Of a stretch of DNA of 64,000 nucleotides, positions 23,270 to 33,171 are shown piece by piece. The stretch is from Rhodosorus marinus CCMP1338 (taxonomy: Eukaryota; Plantae; Rhodophyta): contig JAMWBK010000004.1 of the NCBI GenBank assembly GCA_029953675.1, forward strand, positions 1,116,001 to 1,180,000, written 5' to 3'. Within the stretch, counting starts at the first letter, position 1. The number at the start of each line of letters is the position of its first letter. The notes under the pieces were generated by a model, which saw only the letters and a program-made list of their open reading frames with translations, searched no databases and was not told the origin of the DNA. The translations under genes and the position numbers were made by a program.

Positions 23270-23460
23270 GCCCGCGGACTTCCACTTGATCTGCAGGAGA
23301 GCTCCATCGCCCTCTCCGCGGAGTCCGCAAAAACGTTCTCGTTCGTACCCGTTTAAGCTTTCTGTTGTGACTTTGATGTTGGAGGCACGATATGAGCAAC
23401 TTCCAGGAACCTTTCCCTTTTATCCCGTCGTGTTTTTTCTTTCTTTTTAGTCTCGGGTTA
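23270..23460 (+). mobile_element. Old diverged family-A 3' fragment
   Basis: CCCGTTTAAGCTTTCTGTTGTG..CTTTGATGTTGGAGGCAC plus a T-rich tail. Confidence 0.6.
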
Positions 23461-24937
23461 TAAATTTCTTTGCGACTCCGCAAATTGTAGAGCCTTAGGC
23501 CAGCCCTACACCAGGATTCTTGAACAAAAACCCTTGGGGAAGTCGCGAACGGTTCGAAGGCCGCCGCAGCACAACACAAACACTTTCAGAGCACCAAAAA
23601 CCAAAGTGGACGTGAGGAACGGTGCACCTGAAATTCGGATTAAACGAATACATTCAATGTGGTCAGCAATGTGGGACGAATTCTATTTTGGGCACCATTT
23701 TTCTTGATTCCACTCTCCGAAATCGCATCATATTTTACGGGGGATGTTTGAAAACAATGAAAAAACAATGAGCTACCCTATTTTTTTGTTAGAATACTGG
23801 AATGTAGGGAGTTGGCCAGTGAAGAGGGTAGGTGGTACAGGGATTTTGTGCACTGCCCGCCAGTGGTGGAAGGCGGGGGGTGAGTGGCGATAGAGGGTTT
23901 TAGGGTTTGGTAACGATCGCTGATCTTCCACTGGGATAGATGAGGGGAGCTGAGGCTCGAGCTGGAAAGAGAAAACCAAGATCTGGGTGGGCACTTGTCT
24001 CTGTTATGCCTGTTTTGTCTTTGGCATCTGGCCGGCTGAGTGCTCTCGAGGCGCGATGGGTAGACTATCCTCACCTGGGATCGCCCGTTTTAGTTCCTCG
24101 CTTCCTAGTTCATACTACGCCCGGTGCTGTACTTAAGGCTATGCTATCAATATTAGTATGTACGGGCTGTTTTTCTTGTATGAGGCGTTTTCTAATAACG
24201 CTACTAAGTTATCCGGGACTTTTCAATAACCACTGCATCCACCTCAGGTACACGAGTCAGCCTTACCATGCTCCGAACCAAAATTACGGCAAAACCTTTC
24301 AGGTTTCTGGTGTAGTGTTCTAATGCTGCTTTAGTTTTAGAGGCCCGTTTTCTGGGTTTAATCCAGCCTTCTTCCTCTCAGGATTTTTGTCTCTGAAAAA
24401 ACGATGATGAGAAAACTAGAAAAAGTACTTCTGGATCATGGGTGAGGATTGGTGAATCACCTCGAACGGGTTGCTCTTGGAGCCAGCGATCTGTGGCTCA
24501 ACAACCTCAGAAGCTGAGTATCAGTATTGAGCGACATGCTTACCACTCAACGTGGATCTCAGACTGGAAGAAAGCGACAGAGAACGCAATCAGCAATCAT
24601 TAGCTTGATGTGACAATGATTGCGTTTATGGACAACAAGCGTTGGAGTCTCAAGGAGATAGCCGAACGTCGCGGACCGTTTGGCAGAGACTAAAATCTGC
24701 CAGTACTAAACTACCGAAAACACAACCTGACGCTCTCCGAAGCGGGTTTTTTAACCTATCAGCTCCCCTTATCATTAAGAAACCCGTATGAATCAATCAC
24801 GAGCGGGAGTCGACGGTGCGCATGGCAGATTCCCGGAGTTCCTCAGTTCCTCCTAGTTCGGTACTAACGGTACAATTATACTGACAATTATACTAACGCA
24901 ATCACTACGGTACTCACTGTCAGCCGGGACCAAACAC

Positions 24938-25306
24938 TCAACCCCGGGAAGGATGTAGTCCATCAAAGTTAAAATCATTTTTAATAAATATATTTTGAAT
25001 GTAATTTTCTTCTCCTAAACCCGTAGCGAGTTTTCGAAGGGGGTGGTTGTGGAGTGGATATATTTGCAATGGGAAAGCTCGACTGAGGGGGTGGGCAAAG
25101 TTCGTCACGAGCTGCCGAAATGCTTTCAACTGCGACCCCTCTTGGAGCGTTTCAGAATAGGGATTGATAGAATTACGAACAAAATTCAAACGTTTAAGAT
25201 TGGAAAGAGCACGCACGCCTATCCTGAGGCAAAGCAAGATGTTCTCTTGAACAAACCGCGCAAGTTTTAATTTGGTCGTCTGAGCAAGTTTCTCCGAAAC
25301 ATACAT
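24938..25306 (-). pseudogene. Possible leucine-rich-repeat gene relic
   Basis: LSNLKRLNFVRNSI and LQIYPLHNHPLRKL resemble LxxLxLxxN repeats; no intact long ORF. Confidence 0.35.
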
Positions 25307-25763
25307 GACTCACGTAATAATTGGTCCGCTTTCTGATTGCTGGGCGTCTATTATGCCTAAAAGATTGCTTGATTTAGTAGGAGAAGTTAGTAAACAACTT
25401 TTCTACGTCCTGACGATGAGGTATATATAGCTGCGTTGTGGAGAAGTCCATAGATTTTCAGACGTGTACTACGCAAACGATAGAGTACTATACGCTTGCT
25501 CTGCATGCAATGAGATCTCCTTATCGGATGCATCGTAACAAAAGAGGAGGAAAAACATGTTCGTGATCAACAGCGTACCGTCTGGAGTTTGATTTTGGGG
25601 CTTGATCGACGTCCCAAAGTCCGTGAAAAAGGTTTGAGCTGGTCAAGATCATAATATGCTTTATTCTATGTGCAATGCTATGATTCATGTGTACACTGTC
25701 TGTTCATGGGAAATATTCTGCTAAAGGAAACACGTAGAAGTCTCAAGTTCAAGTGCTTTTGTC

Positions 25764-27824
25764 TTACTCAAGGGGAATTGGCGTTGGTTCAGGCCTCAGG
25801 AATCCTGAGTCGTCGCTCGGCTTGCAGGGACCTCTGTTCTTCCTGTTTGCCAGGACGCAACAGGAGGAACCCTTGCATTGGTCTATCTCCACAACGACTG
25901 AGGTAGACCAACCGCCGCCGTCAGGGTAGGAGACTGAGACCTTCGCAGTTTTCCTGCTGGTAAGCTTCTCGAGGTTGTAGTAGACGAGAAAAGTTCCAAA
26001 GTAGTCACCGTCGCCGAACTCCTTGTATCCTCCGGCAACGTCGGCGCTGAAGGACTCCGGTGAGAGACGAACGTCATTGATGTACACGTCGGGTTTCTCG
26101 GCCGTTCCGAACGGTCTAGAGTGAGAGATTCGAATGGCCGCGACACCGCCGCGAGTGCTCGGGAGGTCCCGGAAAAAGTAGTGAACCTTCCTGTCCCGCA
26201 AGATACCCGCCGGGAAGTCTGCTTTCTCGTTCTCACTGTCCCTCACGGACGATGTGTAGTGTCTGGACCTCTGGACCTTCCTGAGATCGCGAGATCCCGT
26301 CTTGAACTCGACCTCGATCACGGTCATCTCGAACCTGTCCAGGGTTATGGTCTGTGGAAGCTTGATGCTCGCACCCTGCTCTGCTTTCTCGGTTGTAATC
26401 GTCCAGTTCACGTCTCCCCCTACAACGATGTTCTGGCGTTTCTCCTCCGCCGTGACCCTTTTCTTGTCAATTCGAAGTCTACGGACCTCGAAGCCTCGGA
26501 GCTGCTCCCTTCCGTAGGGAAACTCAAACTTGACTTCCGCCTCTATGTCTGCAAGGTTCTGCATGATGATGTATCCCCTCTTCTTAGTCGCCATGGCGTT
26601 GACGCTAAGGTCAATATTGTCCGAGTTCGAGTAGACGAACTTCCCATCCATACCCTTTAGAAGCTCAAAGTACCTCACAAGGTTGGAGAACTCGACGCTG
26701 CCGTCATCCTTTTCGTGGAGAAGACTCCATGGGTAGGGGTTTCCATTCTTGATGTCCCTCTGTGCCTGGGTCTCCAGGTTGATGAAGGTGATGACCTGAA
26801 GCAGGTTGTCGGGGATCTTCATCATCGTCATCAGGACTTTCATCGCCTCGCTCATAATCGAAAAATCTCTCGAAGGCAGGTGTTTAGCCGCGAAGCCCCT
26901 ACCACGGTTGTACCAGGAGGCCACATATTGTCCCATCTCACTAACCAAGTAGGGCTGTGGCTTTCCGTCCTCACTGAGCATGGCGCTGTAGGTCTGAACA
27001 AGATCGAGGTTGGCCTCACCATAGGAGCCCCCAACATTGTAGACGTGCTCGGAGATGAAGCCTTGACACCCGCCCTTTGCCGCAGTATCCATGTAGACCT
27101 TCATCCGACTCCTGAACATGTCAAAGTTGTCAAAGGACGGGCGTACGAACTCGTTTGCCGGACCACCGGTCAACATCTTTGTGTGCTTGTTCACCTCCTT
27201 GCAGAGGTCGGTACAGAGCTCGGATACCCTCGTGATATACTCCCGCTGACTCTCTCCTTTATTCCTGAGTTTGGAAAACTTTCCCATGGGCTCGTTGAAA
27301 CACTCGTAGTAGTCGGGAAGGAGTAACTTGTCGTCGAAGAAGTACCTGAAGAAGAAGCCAGCGTACGTGATGGCCCTCGAACGCGTCTGCTCGTTCTCAT
27401 CGATCTCCGGGATCTTGTGCGGGTCGTCAGTGACGACACGCTGCTTGCTGAGGAATCGAAACTGGTACTGGTCACAGTCCTCGCATCGCTGATCTTCAAG
27501 ATCATTTTCTCCGTCGATCTGTACACTGGATTGAGTTGTTCTCGCCGGGAACGTCGCCTCCTTGAACGGTCCTCTCGTTGACCGACTGAAAGATACGTGC
27601 AGTTCGGTGGTCAAGTAGTCCATCATATCCCGAGGAACAACCTTTGGACTCTTCTTAAACGAACCGTGTCCATTGACGTACTGCCTCCTCGAAAATTCTT
27701 CAACCTCCCCTGTCCGAAGGGTCGTCCCGAAGTCGACCCTTACATTGGCCTCGTAGGACCTGAGGCCCATGACACTCGAAAACAGTGCCACTAGCGCCAT
27801 CAAAAGCACGCTCCAAACCTTCAT
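25764..27824 (-). CDS. Secreted GH86 beta-porphyranase A/agarase-like glycoside hydrolase, paralogue 1 (likely ATG 27824)
   Basis: Signal peptide MKVWSVLLMALVALFSSVMG. Clan GH-A acid/base motif YYECFNEP and nucleophile motif YLVSEMG. FISEHVY..GGSYGEANLDLV resembles the GH86 HLY..GSN.EA.LD motif. C-terminal beta-sandwich domains. Confidence 0.8.
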   Translation of the reverse strand: MKVWSVLLMALVALFSSVMGLRSYEANVRVDFGTTLRTGEVEEFSRRQYVNGHGSFKKSPKVVPRDMMDYLTTELHVSFSRSTRGPFKEATFPARTTQSSVQIDGENDLEDQRCEDCDQYQFRFLSKQRVVTDDPHKIPEIDENEQTRSRAITYAGFFFRYFFDDKLLLPDYYECFNEPMGKFSKLRNKGESQREYITRVSELCTDLCKEVNKHTKMLTGGPANEFVRPSFDNFDMFRSRMKVYMDTAAKGGCQGFISEHVYNVGGSYGEANLDLVQTYSAMLSEDGKPQPYLVSEMGQYVASWYNRGRGFAAKHLPSRDFSIMSEAMKVLMTMMKIPDNLLQVITFINLETQAQRDIKNGNPYPWSLLHEKDDGSVEFSNLVRYFELLKGMDGKFVYSNSDNIDLSVNAMATKKRGYIIMQNLADIEAEVKFEFPYGREQLRGFEVRRLRIDKKRVTAEEKRQNIVVGGDVNWTITTEKAEQGASIKLPQTITLDRFEMTVIEVEFKTGSRDLRKVQRSRHYTSSVRDSENEKADFPAGILRDRKVHYFFRDLPSTRGGVAAIRISHSRPFGTAEKPDVYINDVRLSPESFSADVAGGYKEFGDGDYFGTFLVYYNLEKLTSRKTAKVSVSYPDGGGWSTSVVVEIDQCKGSSCCVLANRKNRGPCKPSDDSGFLRPEPTPIPLE

Positions 27825-28395
27825 TTTTGATTCTTTTGTCTCTTTCTTTGTATTCTCTGGTGTTATCTCTGTATACTCATCTGCCGTCCTCACAACCCAA
27901 ACGGGATCCAGTCGCCGGTGACTGACTTCTTATAGTTGACGTTCCAGCCTCCGACCCCATTGTCGTGCGCGATGACGACAGTAAAGATTATTGATCATTG
28001 CAGAGTGTTTTGGACTGTAAGGTTCTCCCCACATAATGCATTGATGAAAGAAAGCTAGTTTTGGAGTTGGGCAATTCAACCCTCGACGAGGGCTCTAAAC
28101 AACTGGGGCAAGTCTACCTGACTCTCAGCTGAAAAGGAAAGACAGAATATTCGTCCCGTTGATGGGACTTAGCACAGCCACAGAGTCCCAGTGGCGCTTT
28201 TTTTTACAGCGGTTGCCATCAACCCGGTAGGATGTTTTAAATCCCTACGTGGGTGTCAGCTGCAGGAGGGTGAGAGCAGCAGGATCAAAGCTTTGATCAA
28301 CTCATCGCGTTTTTCGACGAGGAAAAAACGCAACGAACCCTCGACTATCTCGCCTAGCACGGGACGTCGTAAAATTATTGCTTTTGGTGTAGCGC

Positions 28396-28422
28396 GACTA
28401 TCGACCCCAGAGGTCGATAGTC
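28396..28422. repeat. 11-bp-arm hairpin
   Basis: GACTATCGACC-CCAGA-GGTCGATAGTC. Confidence 0.7.
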
Positions 28423-29332
28423 ACGATCCGCAGCTCTCCCACCCCTCACTAGTGCTGTCAGCATCATGGGGAAAAGTCTGTTCTACCCACACCCACTGCC
28501 CTCCCCCCGCATGTCTAAATCTCGCCCCTCAATGTAAGTACTCAAACCCACAACAGCCTCATTCACCCCCTTCTTATCCTCATCCCCAATGGTATGCGAA
28601 AAGCATGGAGAGAGAAACTTTGCGGACATGGATCCATCATCAAACCCTCCCTAGCTTTGAACCATTTTCTAACAACTCCTACATAACCACGTGTCCTTAT
28701 ATTCTAATCACTGAGTAATCATTGGTTATTGACTAGACCAGGAGGGAACGCGGAATTCAGAGAGCTAGTTTTAGGACAGCCCTCTCCGCGTTTCGCGTTT
28801 GTCCATTCATATATAAGCACGTGTTTTACATTATATTTCCATTTTTCATAAGTTGAAATACAAGAATGGTTAGAATCAATACATTATGAGAAGCAAGTGT
28901 AGTTACCGTCGAACACTGCGCCGTGCCCGAAAACAGACGAAAAAAAATAATATTTCATTTTTTTGGCCTATGGTCTCCATTTTCTGCGACGCCGACCGTC
29001 GGCAAGGAGAAGTGGGGCAAGAAACTTCCTTTTTATGTTTATAAACTTTTTAAAAAGGAGAGAAGAGATCGCGAAGCTGAAAAACACAAATGTTTTATCT
29101 ACGTCCACGAATTAAGATGAAAAGTTTAAGAATAATAAGTCAATACTACCAATCGCAGATAATTACGTTGGGAGGGATACGATATGGTAAATATATAGTA
29201 TTATTCAAGATGCTAATTTTCGGAATGCAAAGACCGCGCGGAGGAGAACAGTTAGTTTCGATTTTAGCGGGAAAAATCCGTTGAAAAGGGTACTAAAGAA
29301 ATCGGGCCATTTGAGTTTCTTTTCTCTAAACG

Positions 29333-29570
29333 ATGGTCTTCTCCTCCTTTAGGCTAAGAAGATCAAGTGCGGTGGTTTCACTAGATCAAATGTAGTGTAA
29401 CTGTTCTTGGGGCTATTAAGCGTAACAACTTGACGCTATCTAAACTTTAGATCCTGTTGTACAAAACTTTTTCCTGGAAGTGGTTTTATGCTTGGTTAGT
29501 GGCTTGCCCCTGCCTCGTTTACCGCGCATCGCTCAGATTTAGCACTGCTTTCTGTTGCGGAGCGCACTTT
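29333..29570 (+). ncRNA. U2 snRNA-like sequence, probably a pseudogene, interrupted by a 13-bp insertion
   Basis: CTTCTC..CCTTT.GGCTAAG, ATCAAGTG/TAGT and CTGTTCTT match the conserved U2 5' region. Stem-loop III with GG-CTTG-CC (29500-29509). A 13-nt loop TTTAGCACTGCTT sits in a terminal stem ending GAGCGCAC. Branch-recognition GTAGTA is altered to GTAGTG and the Sm site is poor. Confidence 0.72.
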
Positions 29571-29582
29571 GTTTTACGCCCC

Positions 29583-29827
29583 AACGCCCTGACCATCTAC
29601 TTCTCGTTTGTCTACCCGTCTATGCTTCCTGAGGTGGCAGATGAACGCTGCTTTGATGTCGGGAATTGTTCCGCGGACGCCCTGACCGTCCGTCCTCGTT
29701 GTTTACCCGTTTTAAGTTTCTTGCTGCGGCGTATGAACGCTGAGTTGATGTTGGAGGCGGGCGTAGTCTATTTCTCCACTCGCCTTTTTTTTTTTTTTTC
29801 CGGTCTCCGATGAAACAAATTCATTCA
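29583..29827 (+). mobile_element. Family-A 3' region (older fragment 29583-29659 joined to a younger copy) ending in a TTCATTCA tail
   Basis: Matches 40130-40330; tail CCGATGAAACAAATTCATTCA. Confidence 0.8.
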
Positions 29828-31007
29828 ACTGATGGGATACAACCTCGCAATTTCATAGGCTGGACGGGACGGGCCGGGACAGTGTAGTATCGGGAGGGCA
29901 TTATTTCCATTTCCTCTTGAATTTTGAGGAATTTATTGGGACAAAAAAGAGCGGAGTTCGGTGAGGAATTTGTGATAAGCGCGAGGCCTGCTGTTCCCTC
30001 GGGAGATAGGGAAGGGAATGGGAGGAAATTAGACCGAGCGGGCAAAAGGCTGTGCTCGATCTGATAGTTTCCGGTGTAAGTTTTGGAGATTACGGTTGTA
30101 TATCTGGCGTATGGGGCGAGTGGCAGGCTTAGCAATGCATGGGATCGGCTGTTTGAGTGGTCTAGGATTGCGAAGTCGCAAAGCGCTCGCCACCAAGACT
30201 GCTTAAGTAAGGTGCCAGCGTTTGATGACTCAGCAATGTACGTGAACATGAAATTTGTTGACGGTCGGCCGTCAATGCTCTGTCCATGTGAGACAGAAGT
30301 CGGGTAGGCTTGTTTCGAGTCCTACTCTCCTTGAGCAGAGTATCCTAGTAAAACTGACTGTGCTCATGCAGTACCTCGAGATTACTGAATCGTCGGAGTC
30401 AGGTTGAACTGGAAAATCGCGAATGAATTCGGATAGCGGAGGGAGGGGCGAGAACCCTCGACCTCGAGGGCTCTAGCCTCTACCTCTCGTCAGTAGGCGC
30501 ACGTCCAAGATTTTCACTCTTACTGGGATTTTCGTGCATTACCGCTCCAGGCACAAATTGGACAGTCCCTGGGATGAGAAGGAGAAGGTTCAGAGGGGCA
30601 TAGAGTTCCGGCTACTATTCGAGCTGGCTTGGCTTCATGCGAATCGAAGGATGCAGAGGTTAGACTCTTGCAACGTCATATTGGAGGATGAGAGAGTGGA
30701 TGCGTCGGTTGGCGCTTCTTCTTGCGTTCGTGTTAACATATTTCAGGCTTTGGTAAAGGAACAAGGGCCCATTTACCTCGGCAAAGAGTGAGATGGTACG
30801 GAGTCACTCGAATCCTTTGTAAGTCGATAACATAGAAAATCTCCGAGGCGGTCAAGAGGCGAGCTGTTTACATGGTCAAGACCACATTTCTGCTTTAAAT
30901 TAGAAGCCAAAAGGAACTGTTGGCTATGGTTCATATGGGCACCGCATGTTTCATGTGAGGTACTCAGTATCCAAAATTCACACTTCTGCCTGACGTAGCA
31001 CGTGTAC

Positions 31008-33068
31008 TTAGCTACTGGGGATTGGAGTGGGTTCAGGTCTCAGCTTTCCAAAGTCACGGCTCCGCACGCAATCAGATGCGTTCGTCCTGTTTGCTAGGAC
31101 GCAACAAGAGGAACCCTCGCATTCGTCTATCTCGAGGACAACTGTTGTTGACCAACCGCCGCTGTCAGGGTACGAGACTGTGACCTTGGGTGTTTTCCTG
31201 GCGGTGAGCTTCTCGAGGTTGTAGTAGACGATAAAGGTTCCGAAAAAGTTGCCGTCGCTGAACTTTTTGTAACCCCCAGCAACGTCTGCGCTGAAGGAGT
31301 TGGGTGAGATCCGAACGTCATTGACGTAGACGTCGGGTTTTTCTTCTCTTCCGACGGGCCGGGAGTGGGAGATCCGAATCGCTGCGACGCCTCCTTTAGT
31401 ACTCGGCAGCTCACGGAAGTAGTAGTGCACTTTCTGATTCTTCTTAATCGGCGCCGGGAAATCCACCTTTTCGTTCTTGTGGTCCCTGACGAACGCTGAA
31501 TAGTTCTTGGTCCTCCTGATCCTCCTGAGATCGCGAGATGCCGTCTTAAACTTGACCTCGATCACAGTCATCTCGAACTTGTCCAAGCTGATGCTTTGTG
31601 GGAGCCTTAGGCTCTTCCCATTCGTCGCTACCTCGCTCGTAACCTTCCAGTTAATGCTGCCACCCACGACAATGTTCTGACGGCGCTCCTCCGAGGTGCG
31701 GCTCTTCCTGTTAATTCGAAGTCGTCGGCGCTCCCATTTCTTGAGCTCATCCCTTCCATGCGGAAACTCAAAGTTTAGCTCTGCCTCCTTGTCGTCAAGG
31801 TTCTGCATTATGATGTAGCCCCTATTCTTAGTCGCCAAGGCGTGGACAGTGAGCTGAACGTTGTCCGAACTTGAGTAGACAAACTTCCCGTCCATGCCCT
31901 TGAGCAGCTCAAAGTACCGCACAAGGTTGGAGAACTCGACACTGCCGTCATCCGTCTCTTGGATAAGGCTCCACGGGTAAGGGTTTCCGTTCTTGATGTT
32001 TCTGTGGTTCTGGTTCTCCAGGTTGAGGAAGGTGATAACCTGAAGCAGGTTGTTGGGGATCCTCATCATCGTCATCAGAACTTTCATCGCCTCGCCCATG
32101 ATAGAGAAGTCCCTCGAAGGCAGCGGTGGCGCGGCGTAGCCCCTATTGCGGTTGTACCAGGAGGCCACGTATTGTCCCATCTCGCTGACCAAGTAGGGCT
32201 GTGGCTTCCCATCATCGCTGATCATTGAACTGTAAGTTTCGACGAGGTCGAGGTTGGCCTCACCATAGGAGCCCCCAACATTGTAGACGTGCTCGGAGAT
32301 GAAGCCTTGACACCCGCCTTTTGCTGCAGTATCCATATAGACCTTCATCCGCCTCCTGAACATGTCAAAATTTTCGAAGGACGGGCGTACGAACTCGTTT
32401 ACCGGACCACCGGTCAACATCTTTGTGTGCTTGTTCACCTCCTTGCAGAGGTCGGTACAGAGCTCGGATACCCTCGTGATATACTCCCGCTGACTCTCTC
32501 CTTTATTCCTGAGTTTGGAAAACTTTCCCATGGGCTCGTTGAAACACTCGTAGTAGTTGGGAAGGAGTAGTGTGTCGTCGAAGTAGTACTTGAAGAAATA
32601 GCCAGCGTACGTGATGGCCCTCGAACGCGTCTGTGCGGTCTCCGTGATCTCTGGGATCTTATACGGATCATCAGTGACCACCCTTTGCCCGCTGAGGAAT
32701 CGAAACTGGTAAGTATTGCAATCCTCGCATTGCTGGTCGTTAAGATCAATCTCTCCGTTCGTCTGCACTGCGGACTGTGTCGTGTCTTCCGGGAACGTCG
32801 CCTCCTTGAACGGTCCTTTCGTTGAACGGCTGAAGGACACATGAAGCGTAGTAGTCAAGTAGTCCATCATATCTTGAGGCACCACCTTTGGATCCCTCCT
32901 AAACGAGCCGTGCCCATTAACATACGTCCTCCTCGAGAAATTCTCAACGTTCCCTGTCCGAAGTGTCGTTCCAAAATCAACCCTTACATTGGCCTCGTAC
33001 GATTTGGCCCCTATGACACTCGCAAGCAGTGCCGATACCGCAACCAGAAACAGTCCAAACAGCTTCAT
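31008..33068 (-). CDS. Secreted GH86 beta-porphyranase A/agarase-like glycoside hydrolase, paralogue 2
   Basis: 686-aa ORF collinear with paralogue 1; signal peptide MKLFGLFLVAVSALLASVIG; NEP and SEMG motifs intact. Confidence 0.82.
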   Translation of the reverse strand: MKLFGLFLVAVSALLASVIGAKSYEANVRVDFGTTLRTGNVENFSRRTYVNGHGSFRRDPKVVPQDMMDYLTTTLHVSFSRSTKGPFKEATFPEDTTQSAVQTNGEIDLNDQQCEDCNTYQFRFLSGQRVVTDDPYKIPEITETAQTRSRAITYAGYFFKYYFDDTLLLPNYYECFNEPMGKFSKLRNKGESQREYITRVSELCTDLCKEVNKHTKMLTGGPVNEFVRPSFENFDMFRRRMKVYMDTAAKGGCQGFISEHVYNVGGSYGEANLDLVETYSSMISDDGKPQPYLVSEMGQYVASWYNRNRGYAAPPLPSRDFSIMGEAMKVLMTMMRIPNNLLQVITFLNLENQNHRNIKNGNPYPWSLIQETDDGSVEFSNLVRYFELLKGMDGKFVYSSSDNVQLTVHALATKNRGYIIMQNLDDKEAELNFEFPHGRDELKKWERRRLRINRKSRTSEERRQNIVVGGSINWKVTSEVATNGKSLRLPQSISLDKFEMTVIEVKFKTASRDLRRIRRTKNYSAFVRDHKNEKVDFPAPIKKNQKVHYYFRELPSTKGGVAAIRISHSRPVGREEKPDVYVNDVRISPNSFSADVAGGYKKFSDGNFFGTFIVYYNLEKLTARKTPKVTVSYPDSGGWSTTVVLEIDECEGSSCCVLANRTNASDCVRSRDFGKLRPEPTPIPSS

Positions 33069-33163
33069 CTTTCGTATCTTCTATTTTGTCCTCGATGCAC
33101 GGTTCTCCGCTTTGTTCACAACTCGAGCAAGTTTCCACTCCCAAATGCCTTGTAATATGGAGC

Positions 33164-33171
33164 TATTTATA
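33164..33171 (-). promoter_or_regulatory. Candidate TATA box (TATAAATA) of GH86 paralogue 2
   Basis: About 96 bp upstream of the ATG at 33068 on the coding strand. Confidence 0.45.

Noticed and set aside
28078-30480. Short repeated hairpin AACCCTCGA(CC)TCGAGGGCTCTA at ~28078 and ~30453, considered as LTR ends
   Set aside because: Similarity fades after about 40 bp, with no TG..CA termini, primer-binding site or internal gag-pol.
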